From the NCBI GenBank assembly GCA_944385395.1, contig CALWXA010000082.1, positions 16,385 through 80,384 of the forward strand: 64,000 nucleotides of DNA. Direction: 5' to 3'. A program made the position numbers and the translations under genes. Below are positions 35,341 to 44,790 of the stretch, one piece after another. Each line of letters starts with the position of its first letter. Position 1 is the first letter of the stretch. The notes under the pieces are model-generated. The model was given only the letters and a program-made list of their open reading frames with translations, searched no databases and was not told the DNA's origin. This DNA is from an uncultured Oscillospiraceae bacterium (GTDB taxonomy: Bacteria; Bacillota; Clostridia; Oscillospirales; Oscillospiraceae).

Positions 35341-36315
35341 ATGCGTTATTGTGTGGCAGCCACCCTTCTGGTTCTGGCACTGCTGTTCGGGCTGCCGTGG
35401 CTGACGGCCGAGGCGCCGGAGGTGCCCGGCGGGGAAGATCCGGAGGAACCTCCGGTCTCCGTGGACGGTGATGTGGTGCTGAAGGTCTGGGACGGCAGCG
35501 CCGTGCAGGAGATGACGGTGGCGGAGTACCTACCGGGAATGGTCCGGGGAGAGATGCCCGCCTCCTTTGAAATAGAAGCCCTGAAGGCCCAGGCGGTGGC
35601 GGAGCGTACTTACCTTTATTACAAACTGGAGACCGGCGGCAAGGCCAATCATCCCGACGCCGACGTATGTATGTCCCCGGACTGCTGCACCGCCTACAGC
35701 TCGGCGGAGCAGTCGGCGGAAAGGTGGGGGGACAAGGCGGAGGAATACGAGCAGCGCATCCAGACGGCGGTGCAGGAAACCGACGGACTGGTGATGCTCT
35801 ACAACGATGAGCCCATTCTGGCGGCCTTCCATTCCTCCTCCGACGGCATCACCGCCAATTCCGGGGATGTATGGGTGAAGGATCTGCCCTATCTCACCAG
35901 TGTGGCCAGTCCCGAAACCGGAGACACCGTGCCCAACTACTACAGCGTCAAGACCCTGACTGCCCAGGAGTTTCAGGAGACCTTTACCAAGGCCTATCCC
36001 CAGGCCCAGTTTTCCGACGATCCCCAGCAGTGGATCACCGGGGCGGTGCACAACGATTCGGCCCGGGTGGAGACGGTGAACATCGGCGGCATCACGGTGG
36101 AGGGGACGGAGGTGCGGACCATCTTCGGCCTGCGCTCGGCTTCCTTTACCACCGAGGCGGATGCGGAATCTGTCACCTTCCGGGTCACAGGCTTCGGACA
36201 CGGCGTGGGCATGAGCCAGTACGGCGCCAACGAGCTGGCCCGGCAGGGCAAGACCTGGAAGGAGATCCTGGAGTGGTACTATACCGGCGTGAGCATTGAA
36301 ACCTACCGGCCGTAG
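35341..36315 (+). CDS. spoIID: Stage II sporulation protein D (SpoIID/LytB family)
   Basis: N-terminal anchor and SpoIID-like blocks (EALKAQAVAERTY, AAFHSSSDG, GHGVGMSQYGA). Confidence 0.85.
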   Translation: MRYCVAATLLVLALLFGLPWLTAEAPEVPGGEDPEEPPVSVDGDVVLKVWDGSAVQEMTVAEYLPGMVRGEMPASFEIEALKAQAVAERTYLYYKLETGGKANHPDADVCMSPDCCTAYSSAEQSAERWGDKAEEYEQRIQTAVQETDGLVMLYNDEPILAAFHSSSDGITANSGDVWVKDLPYLTSVASPETGDTVPNYYSVKTLTAQEFQETFTKAYPQAQFSDDPQQWITGAVHNDSARVETVNIGGITVEGTEVRTIFGLRSASFTTEADAESVTFRVTGFGHGVGMSQYGANELARQGKTWKEILEWYYTGVSIETYRP

Positions 36316-36448
36316 ACTGTACAAATCCGGGGCAATGTGCTATGATAAAGCTGGCGAAATTTACAGAATGTTCAGGAAAGACCTGACAGAGCGGGTATAA
36401 TACCAGATAATAGAACCGGAAATTCGCAAATGAGCGGGAGGATGTGTC

Positions 36449-37129
36449 ATGGCACGCAATATTTTGGTGGTGGAAGATGATCGGAACATCTCCAATCTGA
36501 TCTGTATGTATATGGAAAAAGAGGGCTTCGAGGTACGGGTGGCCTATGACGGCGGCAAGGCGGTAGAGGAGTTCGACAAGCAAAAGCCGGACCTGGTGCT
36601 GCTGGACATCATGCTGCCGGTGCTGGACGGCTGGGCTGTATGCGCCCATATCCGGGAAAAGGCCAAGACCCCCATCATCATGCTCACGGCCAAAAGCGAG
36701 GTCAATGACCGCATCACCGGTCTGGAGATGGGAGCTGACGACTATGTGGTCAAGCCCTTTGAGATGAAGGAGCTCATGGCCCGGATCAACGCCGTGCTGC
36801 GCCGCACCGAGATCCCCGACGATACCCGCAAGCGGCTGACCTTCGACAAGCTCATCATCGATCTGGACAGCTACGAGCTGACGGTGGACGGCAAGCAGGT
36901 GGATACGCCCCCCAAGGAGCTGGAGCTTTTGTACCATCTGGCCTCCACCCCCAACCGGGTGTATACCCGCAACCAGCTGCTGGATGAGGTCTGGGGCTTT
37001 GACTATTTCGGCGATTCCCGGACGGTGGATGTGCACATCAAGCGTCTGCGAGAAAAGGTGGAGAACGTATCGGACCAGTGGGCCCTGAAAACCGTATGGG
37101 GCGTGGGCTACAAATTTGAAGTGAAGTAA
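36449..37129 (+). CDS. OmpR-family response regulator
   Basis: Receiver domain (VVEDD...LLDIMLPVLDG...K) plus winged helix (TVDVHIKRLREKV...VGYKF). Confidence 0.9.
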   Translation: MARNILVVEDDRNISNLICMYMEKEGFEVRVAYDGGKAVEEFDKQKPDLVLLDIMLPVLDGWAVCAHIREKAKTPIIMLTAKSEVNDRITGLEMGADDYVVKPFEMKELMARINAVLRRTEIPDDTRKRLTFDKLIIDLDSYELTVDGKQVDTPPKELELLYHLASTPNRVYTRNQLLDEVWGFDYFGDSRTVDVHIKRLREKVENVSDQWALKTVWGVGYKFEVK

Positions 37130-38589
37130 TGGCCAGAAGCAGCAAGAAATTTCACAGCCTGTACTGGCAGCAGTTTTTCCTCACCGCAGGGCTGGTGCTG
37201 CTGACTATGGTGCTGCTGGGCGTATCCTTCTTCGCCCTGAGCTACAACTATACCCTCTCCGAGCGCCGGGAGGAGATGCGGACCCGTGCGGGGCTGGTGG
37301 CCCGGATCTCTGTGGAGTATCTGAAGCAGGGTACTCCGGAAACGGTGCAGGAGGATCTGCGGGACATGGCGGGCGTGGCCGCCCTGATGAGTGATGTGAA
37401 CTTCCTCATCTGCAACGAAAAAGGACAGGTGCTGCTGACCTCCGATGAGCGGCTGGTGGGCCAGGTGGTGACGCTGCCGGAAGACCTGATGGCAGATGTG
37501 CTGCAGAAGGGCGTATACGAGGGCGCCAACAGCCTGGGCGTCTATGAACGGCGCCAGGAAGTGGTGGGCGTACCGGTGGTGGATACCGACGGATCCGTAG
37601 TAGGCGTGGTGGTGGCAGTCAACGAGACCACGGAACTCATGGAAATGTGGCGTTCCTTTGTGGGCCTCTTCTTCGCCGCTTCCACCATGATCCTGCTGGT
37701 GTCCTTTGTGGCCACCTCCTTCATCGCCATGCGGCAGATCCAGCCGCTGCAGGAGATGGTACACGCTACCCGTGCCTACGCCGCCGGGGAATTTGACGTG
37801 CGCATCGACACGGAGGGACTCAGTGACGAGATCGGGGAGCTGGCGGTGTCTTTCAACACCATGGCCGATTCCCTGGCAGAGACGGAGCGGCAGCGCCATG
37901 ACTTTATTGCCAACGTCTCCCATGAGCTGAAAACCCCCATGACTACCATTGCCGGCTACACCGACGGTATCCTGGACGGTACCATCCCGCCGGCCAAGGA
38001 GCGGCAGTACCTCCAGATCATCTCCGACGAGAGCCGGCGGCTCAGCCGTCTGGTGCGGCGGATGCTGGATATCTCCCAGATCCAGTCCAAGGAGATGAAA
38101 AAGACGGAGTTCGATATCTGCGAGAGCATGCGTCTGGCGCTTCTGAGCATGGAACAGCGGATCTTGCAGCGGGAACTGGATGTGGAAGCGCAGATCCCTG
38201 ACGATTCCGTGCTGGTGCTGGGGGACAATGACCTCATCACTCAGGTGATCTACAACCTGCTGGAAAATGCCACCAAGTACGCTACCCCCGGCTCCACGCT
38301 GTACCTGGGGCTCACCTGCAACGATGAGAAGGCCGTCATCACCGTGCGCAACCACGGTCAGACCATCGCTCCGGAGGAGATCCCGCTGCTGTTTGAGCGG
38401 TTCCATAAATCCGACAAATCCCGCAGCGTGGACAAGGACGGATACGGCCTGGGACTGTATGTGGTCAAGACCATTCTTGAGCAGCACAAAGAGCGCATTA
38501 CCGTCACCAGCGAGGACGGTGTCACGGCCTTTACCTTTACGGTACAGCTGGCCCATATCACCGCTCCGGAGACGGATAAAAAGCATTGA
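37129..38589 (+). CDS. Sensor histidine kinase
   Basis: Two TM helices, HAMP domain, H-box FIANVSHELKTPM and ATPase GYGLGLYVVK. 1-nt overlap with the regulator gene. Confidence 0.9.
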   Translation: MARSSKKFHSLYWQQFFLTAGLVLLTMVLLGVSFFALSYNYTLSERREEMRTRAGLVARISVEYLKQGTPETVQEDLRDMAGVAALMSDVNFLICNEKGQVLLTSDERLVGQVVTLPEDLMADVLQKGVYEGANSLGVYERRQEVVGVPVVDTDGSVVGVVVAVNETTELMEMWRSFVGLFFAASTMILLVSFVATSFIAMRQIQPLQEMVHATRAYAAGEFDVRIDTEGLSDEIGELAVSFNTMADSLAETERQRHDFIANVSHELKTPMTTIAGYTDGILDGTIPPAKERQYLQIISDESRRLSRLVRRMLDISQIQSKEMKKTEFDICESMRLALLSMEQRILQRELDVEAQIPDDSVLVLGDNDLITQVIYNLLENATKYATPGSTLYLGLTCNDEKAVITVRNHGQTIAPEEIPLLFERFHKSDKSRSVDKDGYGLGLYVVKTILEQHKERITVTSEDGVTAFTFTVQLAHITAPETDKKH

Positions 38590-38600
38590 GAGGATAGAAC

Positions 38601-39896
38601 ATGTTGGAAGAAAAGAGAGAAACCGGCGAGCCCCGGGAGATTGTCTCCCGGTATGTTCCCGGCAGGAAGGAAGGTCCCGAGGTGGTCAGCCGGTATACCC
38701 AGCCCGGTCCGCTGCCCCAGCGTCTGCTCCGGCAGGAGCAGACGGCAGAGACGCAGCAACCGGTGCGCCGACGCAGCCGCCGCGGCCTGTGGATCTTTCT
38801 GGGCTGTCTGGGGGCGCTGGTGCTGGTGGTGGTCATCGCCCTGGTGGCGGTGAGTCTGGACGGAACCCGGGTAGAATTGCCCGAGGACGGTGATGCCAGC
38901 AGCATCATTGATATTTTCCATGAAGAAAAGACCACCATTCCCCAGACACCGGGTGATCCCAATGCGCCGCTTCAGATCAGCAGCGAGCACGGACCGGAAC
39001 TGACGGCCCAGCAGCTGTACGCAGAGGTGAATCCGTCGGTGGTGGCGGTGGTGGCCATTGAAGGAGAGGGCGCTTCCGTAGGTACGGGCGTCATCATGAC
39101 CTCCGACGGCTACATCATCACCAACGCCCATGTGATTTCCGGGGGCAGCAGCTGCTGGATCGCCCTGGATACCGGCGTTACCTATGACGCCTTGCTGGTG
39201 GGCTATGACGCCCAGCAGGATCTGGCGGTACTCAAAGCCGTAGATGCCCAGAATCTCCCTGCCGCAGAATTCGGGGATTCCGATCAGGTACGGGTGGGAG
39301 ATACGGTGTATGCCATCGGCAATCCCCTGGGTCTGGAGCTCCGGGGCACCCTCACCAACGGCATCATCTCGGCGGTGAACCGGGCGGTGGAAATGGACGG
39401 CAATTCCATGACGCTGCTGCAGACCAATGCCGCCCTGAACAGCGGCAACTCCGGCGGTCCCCTCATCAATGCCTACGGACAGGTCATCGGCATCAATGTG
39501 ATGAAGATGACCGGCGTGGGGGATGAACAGGAGGGCACTGTGGAAGGCCTGGGCTTCGCCCTGCCCATTACGGATATGGCGGCGGTGGTGGACGACATCA
39601 TGACCTATGGCTACTTCCGGGGCAACCCCACCATCGGCGTGGAGGTGCAGACGGTAGCCACGGAGGATGGCACCGCTGTGGTGGTGCGCAGCGTTACGCC
39701 CCTCTCCGGTGCCCGGAAAGCCGGTGTGCAGGTGGGTGACATCATCCTGGAGGCCAACGGCGAGAAGGTGGAGCTGACAGAGGATCTGCTTCGTGTGCGC
39801 CGTACCCTGGGCGTAGGGGACACGCTGCGCCTGACGGTACAGCGGGGCGATGAGATCCTGGTGCTGGACGTGGTGCTGCAGTCCGATCGGGACTGA
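38601..39896 (+). CDS. htrA: Membrane-anchored HtrA/DegP-type serine protease with PDZ domain
   Basis: TM anchor; catalytic TNAHV, D and GNSGGPL blocks; C-terminal PDZ. Confidence 0.9.
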   Translation: MLEEKRETGEPREIVSRYVPGRKEGPEVVSRYTQPGPLPQRLLRQEQTAETQQPVRRRSRRGLWIFLGCLGALVLVVVIALVAVSLDGTRVELPEDGDASSIIDIFHEEKTTIPQTPGDPNAPLQISSEHGPELTAQQLYAEVNPSVVAVVAIEGEGASVGTGVIMTSDGYIITNAHVISGGSSCWIALDTGVTYDALLVGYDAQQDLAVLKAVDAQNLPAAEFGDSDQVRVGDTVYAIGNPLGLELRGTLTNGIISAVNRAVEMDGNSMTLLQTNAALNSGNSGGPLINAYGQVIGINVMKMTGVGDEQEGTVEGLGFALPITDMAAVVDDIMTYGYFRGNPTIGVEVQTVATEDGTAVVVRSVTPLSGARKAGVQVGDIILEANGEKVELTEDLLRVRRTLGVGDTLRLTVQRGDEILVLDVVLQSDRD

Positions 39897-39937
39897 CTGA
39901 AAAGCAGCGGGCTTCCTATTTCGGAGGGAAAGAAAGT

Positions 39938-40048
39938 GTGAAAGGAAACCGTCAGGGTTTCCTTTCACGTTTAATCAGAACACTTTTCAAAACCTCTGGC
40001 GTTTTGAAAAGTGCCTTAGCCTGGCGGAGTATCTTTCCGCCAGGCTAA
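39938..40048 (+). other. Three consecutive perfect 13-bp hairpins without T tracts
   Basis: Hairpins at 39938-39968 (GTGAAAGGAAACC/GGTTTCCTTTCAC), 39981-40013 (CACTTTTCAAAAC/GTTTTGAAAAGTG) and 40016-40048 (TTAGCCTGGCGGA/TCCGCCAGGCTAA). Confidence 0.9.
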
Positions 40049-40075
40049 AAGCGCACGAAATGTGCGCTTTTTTTC
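40047..40075 (+). terminator. Canonical rho-independent terminator (fourth hairpin)
   Basis: AAAAGCGCAC gaaat GTGCGCTTTT, with the T-run continuing to T7. Confidence 0.85.
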
Positions 40076-40160
40076 TGTAAAGTCCCGGAACTCGTTTGAC
40101 GGGGAGGCCGTTTGCGTGCTATCATAATTCGACAAGTGTTTCATTCCGGAGGAGAAGATC

Positions 40161-42065
40161 GTGGAAGTATTATACTGGCTGGAGGGAATCCGCTGCGGCG
40201 TGCTGGATGTGCTGTTTTCCCTCATCACCTATCTGGGCAGCGAGACGCTGTTCATCGCCATCGCCATTGTGGTGTTCTGGTGCGTGGGGAAAAAGCAGGG
40301 GTATTATCTCATGACGGTGGGCTTTTTCGGCACGGTGGTCAATCAGTTTCTCAAGCTGATGTTCCGGATCCCCCGGCCCTGGGTCCAGGACCCGGAGTTT
40401 ACCATCGTAGAATCTGCCCGGGCGGAAGCTACCGGCTATTCCTTCCCCAGCGGACATACCCAGAACGCTGTGTCGGTGCTGGGGTGCCCTGCCCGGTTCA
40501 GCCATAACACCAAGCTGCGGATCGTCTTTGTAGTTCTGATTCTGCTCACGGGTCTGTCCCGGATGTATCTGGGGGTCCATACCCCGCTGGATGTGGGGGT
40601 TTCCCTGGTGGTGGGCACCGTACTGGTGCTGGGTCTGTATCCCTTCTTTGAAGACGGCGAAGCCCATCCTCGGCGGATGTATATCGCTATGGGAGCGCTG
40701 GCTTTCTGTGCGGCGCTGTATGTGCTGTTTGTGGAGCTCCACGCCTGGCCGGCGGATATCGATGGGGAGAACCTGGCTTCCGGTATCAAGAACGGCTATC
40801 TGGTGCTGGGCTGCAGCGTGGGTATGCTGCTGACCTGCTATCTGGAACGAAAGTACATCCGGTTTGACGTCAAGGGATCTCTTGGCTGTCAGATCGGCAA
40901 GGTGGTGCTGGGGCTGGCAGTGGTTCTGGCCCTGAAAGCGGGGCTCAAGCCGGTGTGTCTGGCCATCTTCGCCGGGCATGAGGCTGCCACCGCTCTGCGC
41001 TACTTCCTGCTGGTGCTGTTTGCCGGCTGCGTCTGGCCTTTGACCTTCCCCTGGTTTGCCAAGGGCTGCCCCATGAAGCGCTGGGTAAAGCGGCTTTTGA
41101 AGGTCCTGCTGGCGGTGGTGGTGGCGTTGGCGCTGCTGGCGGGCTACCTCTACTGGGAGGTTACCCGGGATACCAAGGATACGCCCATTGCCACGGACAA
41201 CGCGGAAAACAGCCTCATCACACCCCTGGGTACCACCATGCTCTCCGGCCATCGGGCTGGCGGCGGCATCGCTCCGGAAAATACCATGATGGCCCTGAAA
41301 AACTGTGTGGAGAGCACAGAATATCAACTGGATATCTTTGAGTTTGACCTGCACCTCACAGCCGACAACGTGCTGGTACTGCTCCATGATGAGACCCTGG
41401 ACCGTACCAGCGATGCGGCAGAAGTGTTCGGCACCGAAGGCGTGAAGGTAGGAGACAAGACCTTCGATGAGCTGAAGAAGCTGAACATGGGCGCCAAGTT
41501 CGTGGATAAGGACGGACAGATGCCCTATGCGGACCTTCAGAAAGCAGAGGTACCGGAGGACCTGCGGATCATCAGTCTGGAGGAGGCCCTTACCTATCTG
41601 GAGCAAAGCGGCAGCTTCCGCTATATCATTGAGATCAAAAACAGCGGTGACGACGGCCGCCGGGCTGCCGACGAGCTGTATGAGACCCTGGTTTCCTTCG
41701 GCGCTCTGGACCGGGCTGTGGTGGGTACCTTCCACAACGAGATCACGGAGTATATGGATACCACCTATCCCGACATGCCCCGCAGCGCCGGATTCGATGA
41801 GTGCATTCAGTTTTACATCATGTCGCTGCTGAACTGGCCGGCAGGGGAAGATACCTTCCGGTTCGTGGCGCTGCAGATCCCCACAACCGACTATGTGGTG
41901 AATCTGGGTACCTCCCGGGTCATCAACTATGCCCACCGCAACAACATCGCCGTGCAGTACTGGACCATCAACGATCCTCAGGAGATGGAGCGGCTGCAGT
42001 CCATCGGCGCCGATGCCATCATGACCGATGTGCCCGACCAGGCCGGCGTGCTGGTACAGCCGTAA
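40161..42065 (+). CDS. PAP2 phosphatase - multi-TM - glycerophosphodiester phosphodiesterase fusion protein
   Basis: PAP2 motifs (SFPSGHT, SRMYLGVHTPLD) in the N-terminal membrane part, further TM helices, then a GDPD domain (GHRAGGGIAPENT ... IEIK). GTG start. Confidence 0.8.
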   Translation: MEVLYWLEGIRCGVLDVLFSLITYLGSETLFIAIAIVVFWCVGKKQGYYLMTVGFFGTVVNQFLKLMFRIPRPWVQDPEFTIVESARAEATGYSFPSGHTQNAVSVLGCPARFSHNTKLRIVFVVLILLTGLSRMYLGVHTPLDVGVSLVVGTVLVLGLYPFFEDGEAHPRRMYIAMGALAFCAALYVLFVELHAWPADIDGENLASGIKNGYLVLGCSVGMLLTCYLERKYIRFDVKGSLGCQIGKVVLGLAVVLALKAGLKPVCLAIFAGHEAATALRYFLLVLFAGCVWPLTFPWFAKGCPMKRWVKRLLKVLLAVVVALALLAGYLYWEVTRDTKDTPIATDNAENSLITPLGTTMLSGHRAGGGIAPENTMMALKNCVESTEYQLDIFEFDLHLTADNVLVLLHDETLDRTSDAAEVFGTEGVKVGDKTFDELKKLNMGAKFVDKDGQMPYADLQKAEVPEDLRIISLEEALTYLEQSGSFRYIIEIKNSGDDGRRAADELYETLVSFGALDRAVVGTFHNEITEYMDTTYPDMPRSAGFDECIQFYIMSLLNWPAGEDTFRFVALQIPTTDYVVNLGTSRVINYAHRNNIAVQYWTINDPQEMERLQSIGADAIMTDVPDQAGVLVQP

Positions 42066-42083
42066 AAAAGAATAAGTTTACAT

Positions 42084-42116
42084 AAAAAATGAGCGCAGGA
42101 TCTGCGCTCATTTTTT
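42084..42116. terminator. Bidirectional terminator
   Basis: AAAAAATGAGCGCAG ... CTGCGCTCATTTTTT. Overlaps the last codons of the minus-strand TauE half-gene. Confidence 0.8.
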
Positions 42117-42479
42117 CTTGTGCCGGCACTGCCAAAGGGTCACGAGGCCCGCCAGCAGCAGATACAGGCCGAACAGTTTTTCCAGGGCGGCAGCGTCCAC
42201 CGCTGCGCCCAGCCAGGCCGCCGCAGCCGCCGCCGGAATCCCGGCGGCGGCTGCTTTTACCGCCGAGGGACGGTCCAGCAGACCGCTTTTCCGGTGATAC
42301 ACCAGACCGGCTCCTGCGGCGGGCAGGAAATACAGCAGGTTGATGCCACGGGCGGTGACCGGATCCACCTGCAGCAGCAGCGTCATCACCAGAAGAAGCA
42401 GTGTGCCGCCGCCTACGCCCCAGGCGGAGAGGATGCCGGTGGCAAAGCCTGCCAGCAGCGGAAGGAAAAAGTCCGTCAC
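42108..42479 (-). CDS. TauE/SafE-family half-size membrane protein (C-terminal half)
   Basis: 123 aa and about 4 TM helices. GVGGGTLLLLVM glycine motif. ATGA overlap with the upstream half. Confidence 0.75.
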   Translation of the reverse strand: MTDFFLPLLAGFATGILSAWGVGGGTLLLLVMTLLLQVDPVTARGINLLYFLPAAGAGLVYHRKSGLLDRPSAVKAAAAGIPAAAAAAWLGAAVDAAALEKLFGLYLLLAGLVTLWQCRHKKK

Positions 42480-42829
42480 AACAGATACCGCACGCCGCCG
42501 TAGATCAAAAAGGCGGCAAAGAGACGCCTGAGCCAGATCACCGGCACCCGACCCATCAGCCGTCCGCCCACGGCGCCGCCGGCCAGGCCGCCTAGGAGAT
42601 AGGGAAGGGCAGCCATCAGGTCCAGCCGGCCCCGAAAGAAATAGATCAGGGTGGAGAGCATGCAGATGGGCAGCATGATGGCGGTGGAAGTGGCAAAGGC
42701 CTTCTTCTCGTCAAGACCGCACCAGCCTGTCAGCAGCGGCAGCAGCACCATGCCGCCTCCGCCGCCCAAAAGGCCATTGACAGTCCCTGCGGCAGCGCCG
42801 CTGACGGAAAGCCGCAGACCCTTTTTCAC
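42476..42829 (-). CDS. TauE/SafE-family half-size membrane protein (N-terminal half)
   Basis: 117 aa and about 4 TM helices. GLLGGGGGMVLLPLL motif. Confidence 0.75.
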   Translation of the reverse strand: MKKGLRLSVSGAAAGTVNGLLGGGGGMVLLPLLTGWCGLDEKKAFATSTAIMLPICMLSTLIYFFRGRLDLMAALPYLLGGLAGGAVGGRLMGRVPVIWLRRLFAAFLIYGGVRYLL

Positions 42830-42874
42830 GGGTCTATGACCTCCTTACCGGGATCGGGGCAGTCCGGCACCCGT

Positions 42875-43069
42875 TCACTGCATCTTCTGAAAGCTGCGGC
42901 AGTCGGTGCACTGGTCCATGGAAGGATTGGTCTCGTGGGTGCCCACCTGGATGGTGCTCAGACCGCAGTGGTCCACGTCCTTGCAGTGATGGGCGCAGCT
43001 GGTCACAGAGCATTTGATGGATGCATTGGGGGTGCAGCTGCAGCCGTTGTTGGTACGATTGGTGTTCAT
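42875..43069 (-). CDS. DUF1540-like small Cys/His-rich protein
   Basis: 64 aa with IKCSVTSCAHHC and a second Cys cluster (QCTDC). RBS AGGAGGAA. Confidence 0.65.
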   Translation of the reverse strand: MNTNRTNNGCSCTPNASIKCSVTSCAHHCKDVDHCGLSTIQVGTHETNPSMDQCTDCRSFQKMQ

Positions 43070-43085
43070 AATCGGTTCCTCCTAT

Positions 43086-43120
43086 CACAAAAATCGACAG
43101 GCACAAATGCGCCTGTCGAT
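43086..43120 (-). terminator. Terminator after mgtE
   Basis: Minus strand: ATCGACAGGC...GCCTGTCGAT, followed by TTTTTG. Confidence 0.75.
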
Positions 43121-43154
43121 AGTATGTCCCGGAGAAGGACCGTTATGCGATGGG

Positions 43155-44540
43155 TTATATCCCCAGCAGTGCTGTGGCCAGCAGGAAGTAGATAATCAGG
43201 CTGGAGGCGTCCACGATGGTGGTGATGAGAGGACTGGCCATCACCGCCGGGTCCAGGCCGATTTTCTGGGCCAGGATGGGCAGGCTGCAGCCCACGCATT
43301 TGGCAAAAACCACCACAAAGAAAATCGTCAGGCACACCACCAGGCATACCGGCAGCGTTACCTCCGGATTCTGCATCAGCCAGCGGTCAATGAGCAGCAT
43401 CTTTACAAAATTGGCTGCAGCCAGACACACGCCGCACAGCACCGAGACCCGCAGCTCTTTCCACAGAACCTGCAGAATATCGGAAAAGTCCACCTCGTCC
43501 AGGCTCAAGGCACGGATCACCGCCACCGAGGCCTGGGAACCGGAGTTACCGCCGGTGCCGGAGAGCATGGGAATATAGGCGTTGAGCACCAGACAGGCCG
43601 CCAGCGCCTCCTCATTCACCGTCAGGATCATGCCGGTGAAGGTGGCTGAGAGCATCAGGATCATCAGCCAGGGCAGACGGGCTTTCCAGGTATCGAAAAT
43701 GCCGGTGCGCAGATACGGGCGGTCCGAGGGCAGCATGGCCGCCATCTTTTCAAAGTCCTCCGTGGTGGCCTCTTCGATGACGTCCATGGCGTCGTCGAAG
43801 GTGATGATGCCTACCAGGCGGCTTTCCAGATCCACGATGGGCAGGGCCAGCAGGTCGTATTTACTCAGAGCCTGGGCCACGTCCTCCTTATCCTCCATGG
43901 TGGAAGCGTACACCACGTTGGGGTCCATGAGATCGCCGATGAGATCATCTTCATCCGCCAGCAGCAGGTCCCGCACCGACAGGGCGCCCAGCAGCTTGCG
44001 CTGGGGGTCCGTAACGTACAGGATGTTGATGGTCTCCATATCCCCGCCGATGCGGCGGATGCGCTTGAAAGCGTCCGCCACCGTCATGTCTTTTTTCAGC
44101 GACAGAAACTCCATGGTCATCATGGAGCCTGCCGAGTCCTCCGGATACTGCAGGATCTCGTTGAGGGACCGGCGCATCTCCGGGGCGGCACGGTCCAGGA
44201 TCCGGATCACCACGCTGGCGGGCATCTCCTCAATGATGCCGGCGGCGTCGTCCAGATACAGCTCGTCCAGCACTTCCTTCAGCTCCGTGTTGGAAAAGCC
44301 GTTGATGAGCATTTCCTGACTGTCGCTCTCCAGCTCCACGAATACCTCTGCCGCCAGCTCCTTGGGCAGCAGACGGTACATAAGGGGCATATAGGCGGTA
44401 TCCGATTCTTCCAGCAAAATGGCGATATCCGCCGGTTCCAGCGGCAGAAAGAGATCCCGCAGCGCCGCATAGGATTTGCTTTTCACCAGAGCTTCCACCT
44501 GCTCCAGCAGCCCGGCCAGCTGTTCGTCACGATCTACCAT
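43155..44540 (-). CDS. mgtE: Magnesium transporter MgtE
   Basis: N domain, tandem CBS and a 5-TM C-terminal domain with the typical MgtE sequence. ATG 44540 preceded by AAAGGAGGG. An M-box lies upstream. Confidence 0.9.
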   Translation of the reverse strand: MVDRDEQLAGLLEQVEALVKSKSYAALRDLFLPLEPADIAILLEESDTAYMPLMYRLLPKELAAEVFVELESDSQEMLINGFSNTELKEVLDELYLDDAAGIIEEMPASVVIRILDRAAPEMRRSLNEILQYPEDSAGSMMTMEFLSLKKDMTVADAFKRIRRIGGDMETINILYVTDPQRKLLGALSVRDLLLADEDDLIGDLMDPNVVYASTMEDKEDVAQALSKYDLLALPIVDLESRLVGIITFDDAMDVIEEATTEDFEKMAAMLPSDRPYLRTGIFDTWKARLPWLMILMLSATFTGMILTVNEEALAACLVLNAYIPMLSGTGGNSGSQASVAVIRALSLDEVDFSDILQVLWKELRVSVLCGVCLAAANFVKMLLIDRWLMQNPEVTLPVCLVVCLTIFFVVVFAKCVGCSLPILAQKIGLDPAVMASPLITTIVDASSLIIYFLLATALLGI

Positions 44541-44561
44541 GCGGAATCCCTCCTTTGCTGT

Positions 44562-44605
44562 AAAAATAAAAATCCACAACCCCTGATGCCGGCAAGGTGT
44601 TGTGG
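44562..44605 (-). terminator. Expression-platform terminator of the M-box
   Basis: Minus strand: CCACAACACC ... GGGGTTGTGG, then ATTTTTATTTTT. Confidence 0.75.
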
Positions 44606-44640
44606 AGAACATTGACAATCCGCCCTGTGGGCAGACCGAT

Positions 44641-44790
44641 CCCCGTTACAAGCTTTAGCATCGCCGGGCGGTGAAACTGCATTAGATGATACCTTGTGTT
44701 CGATATCGCCTGTTCAAACCCTCTCATGGTGTCTCCACCATTTCGCGGCAGCAGTCCGTATCCCAGCGGTAGCCTTACCTACCGGAGCCT
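44641..44790 (-). promoter_or_regulatory. M-box (ykoK-type) magnesium riboswitch aptamer
   Basis: The minus strand matches the remembered B. subtilis mgtE M-box block by block: GGUAGGUAAGGCU, GAUACGGACUGCUGCC, GGGUUUGAACAG, AUCGAACACAAGGU, CUAAUGCAG, UGCUAAAGCUUGUAACG. Confidence 0.8.
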
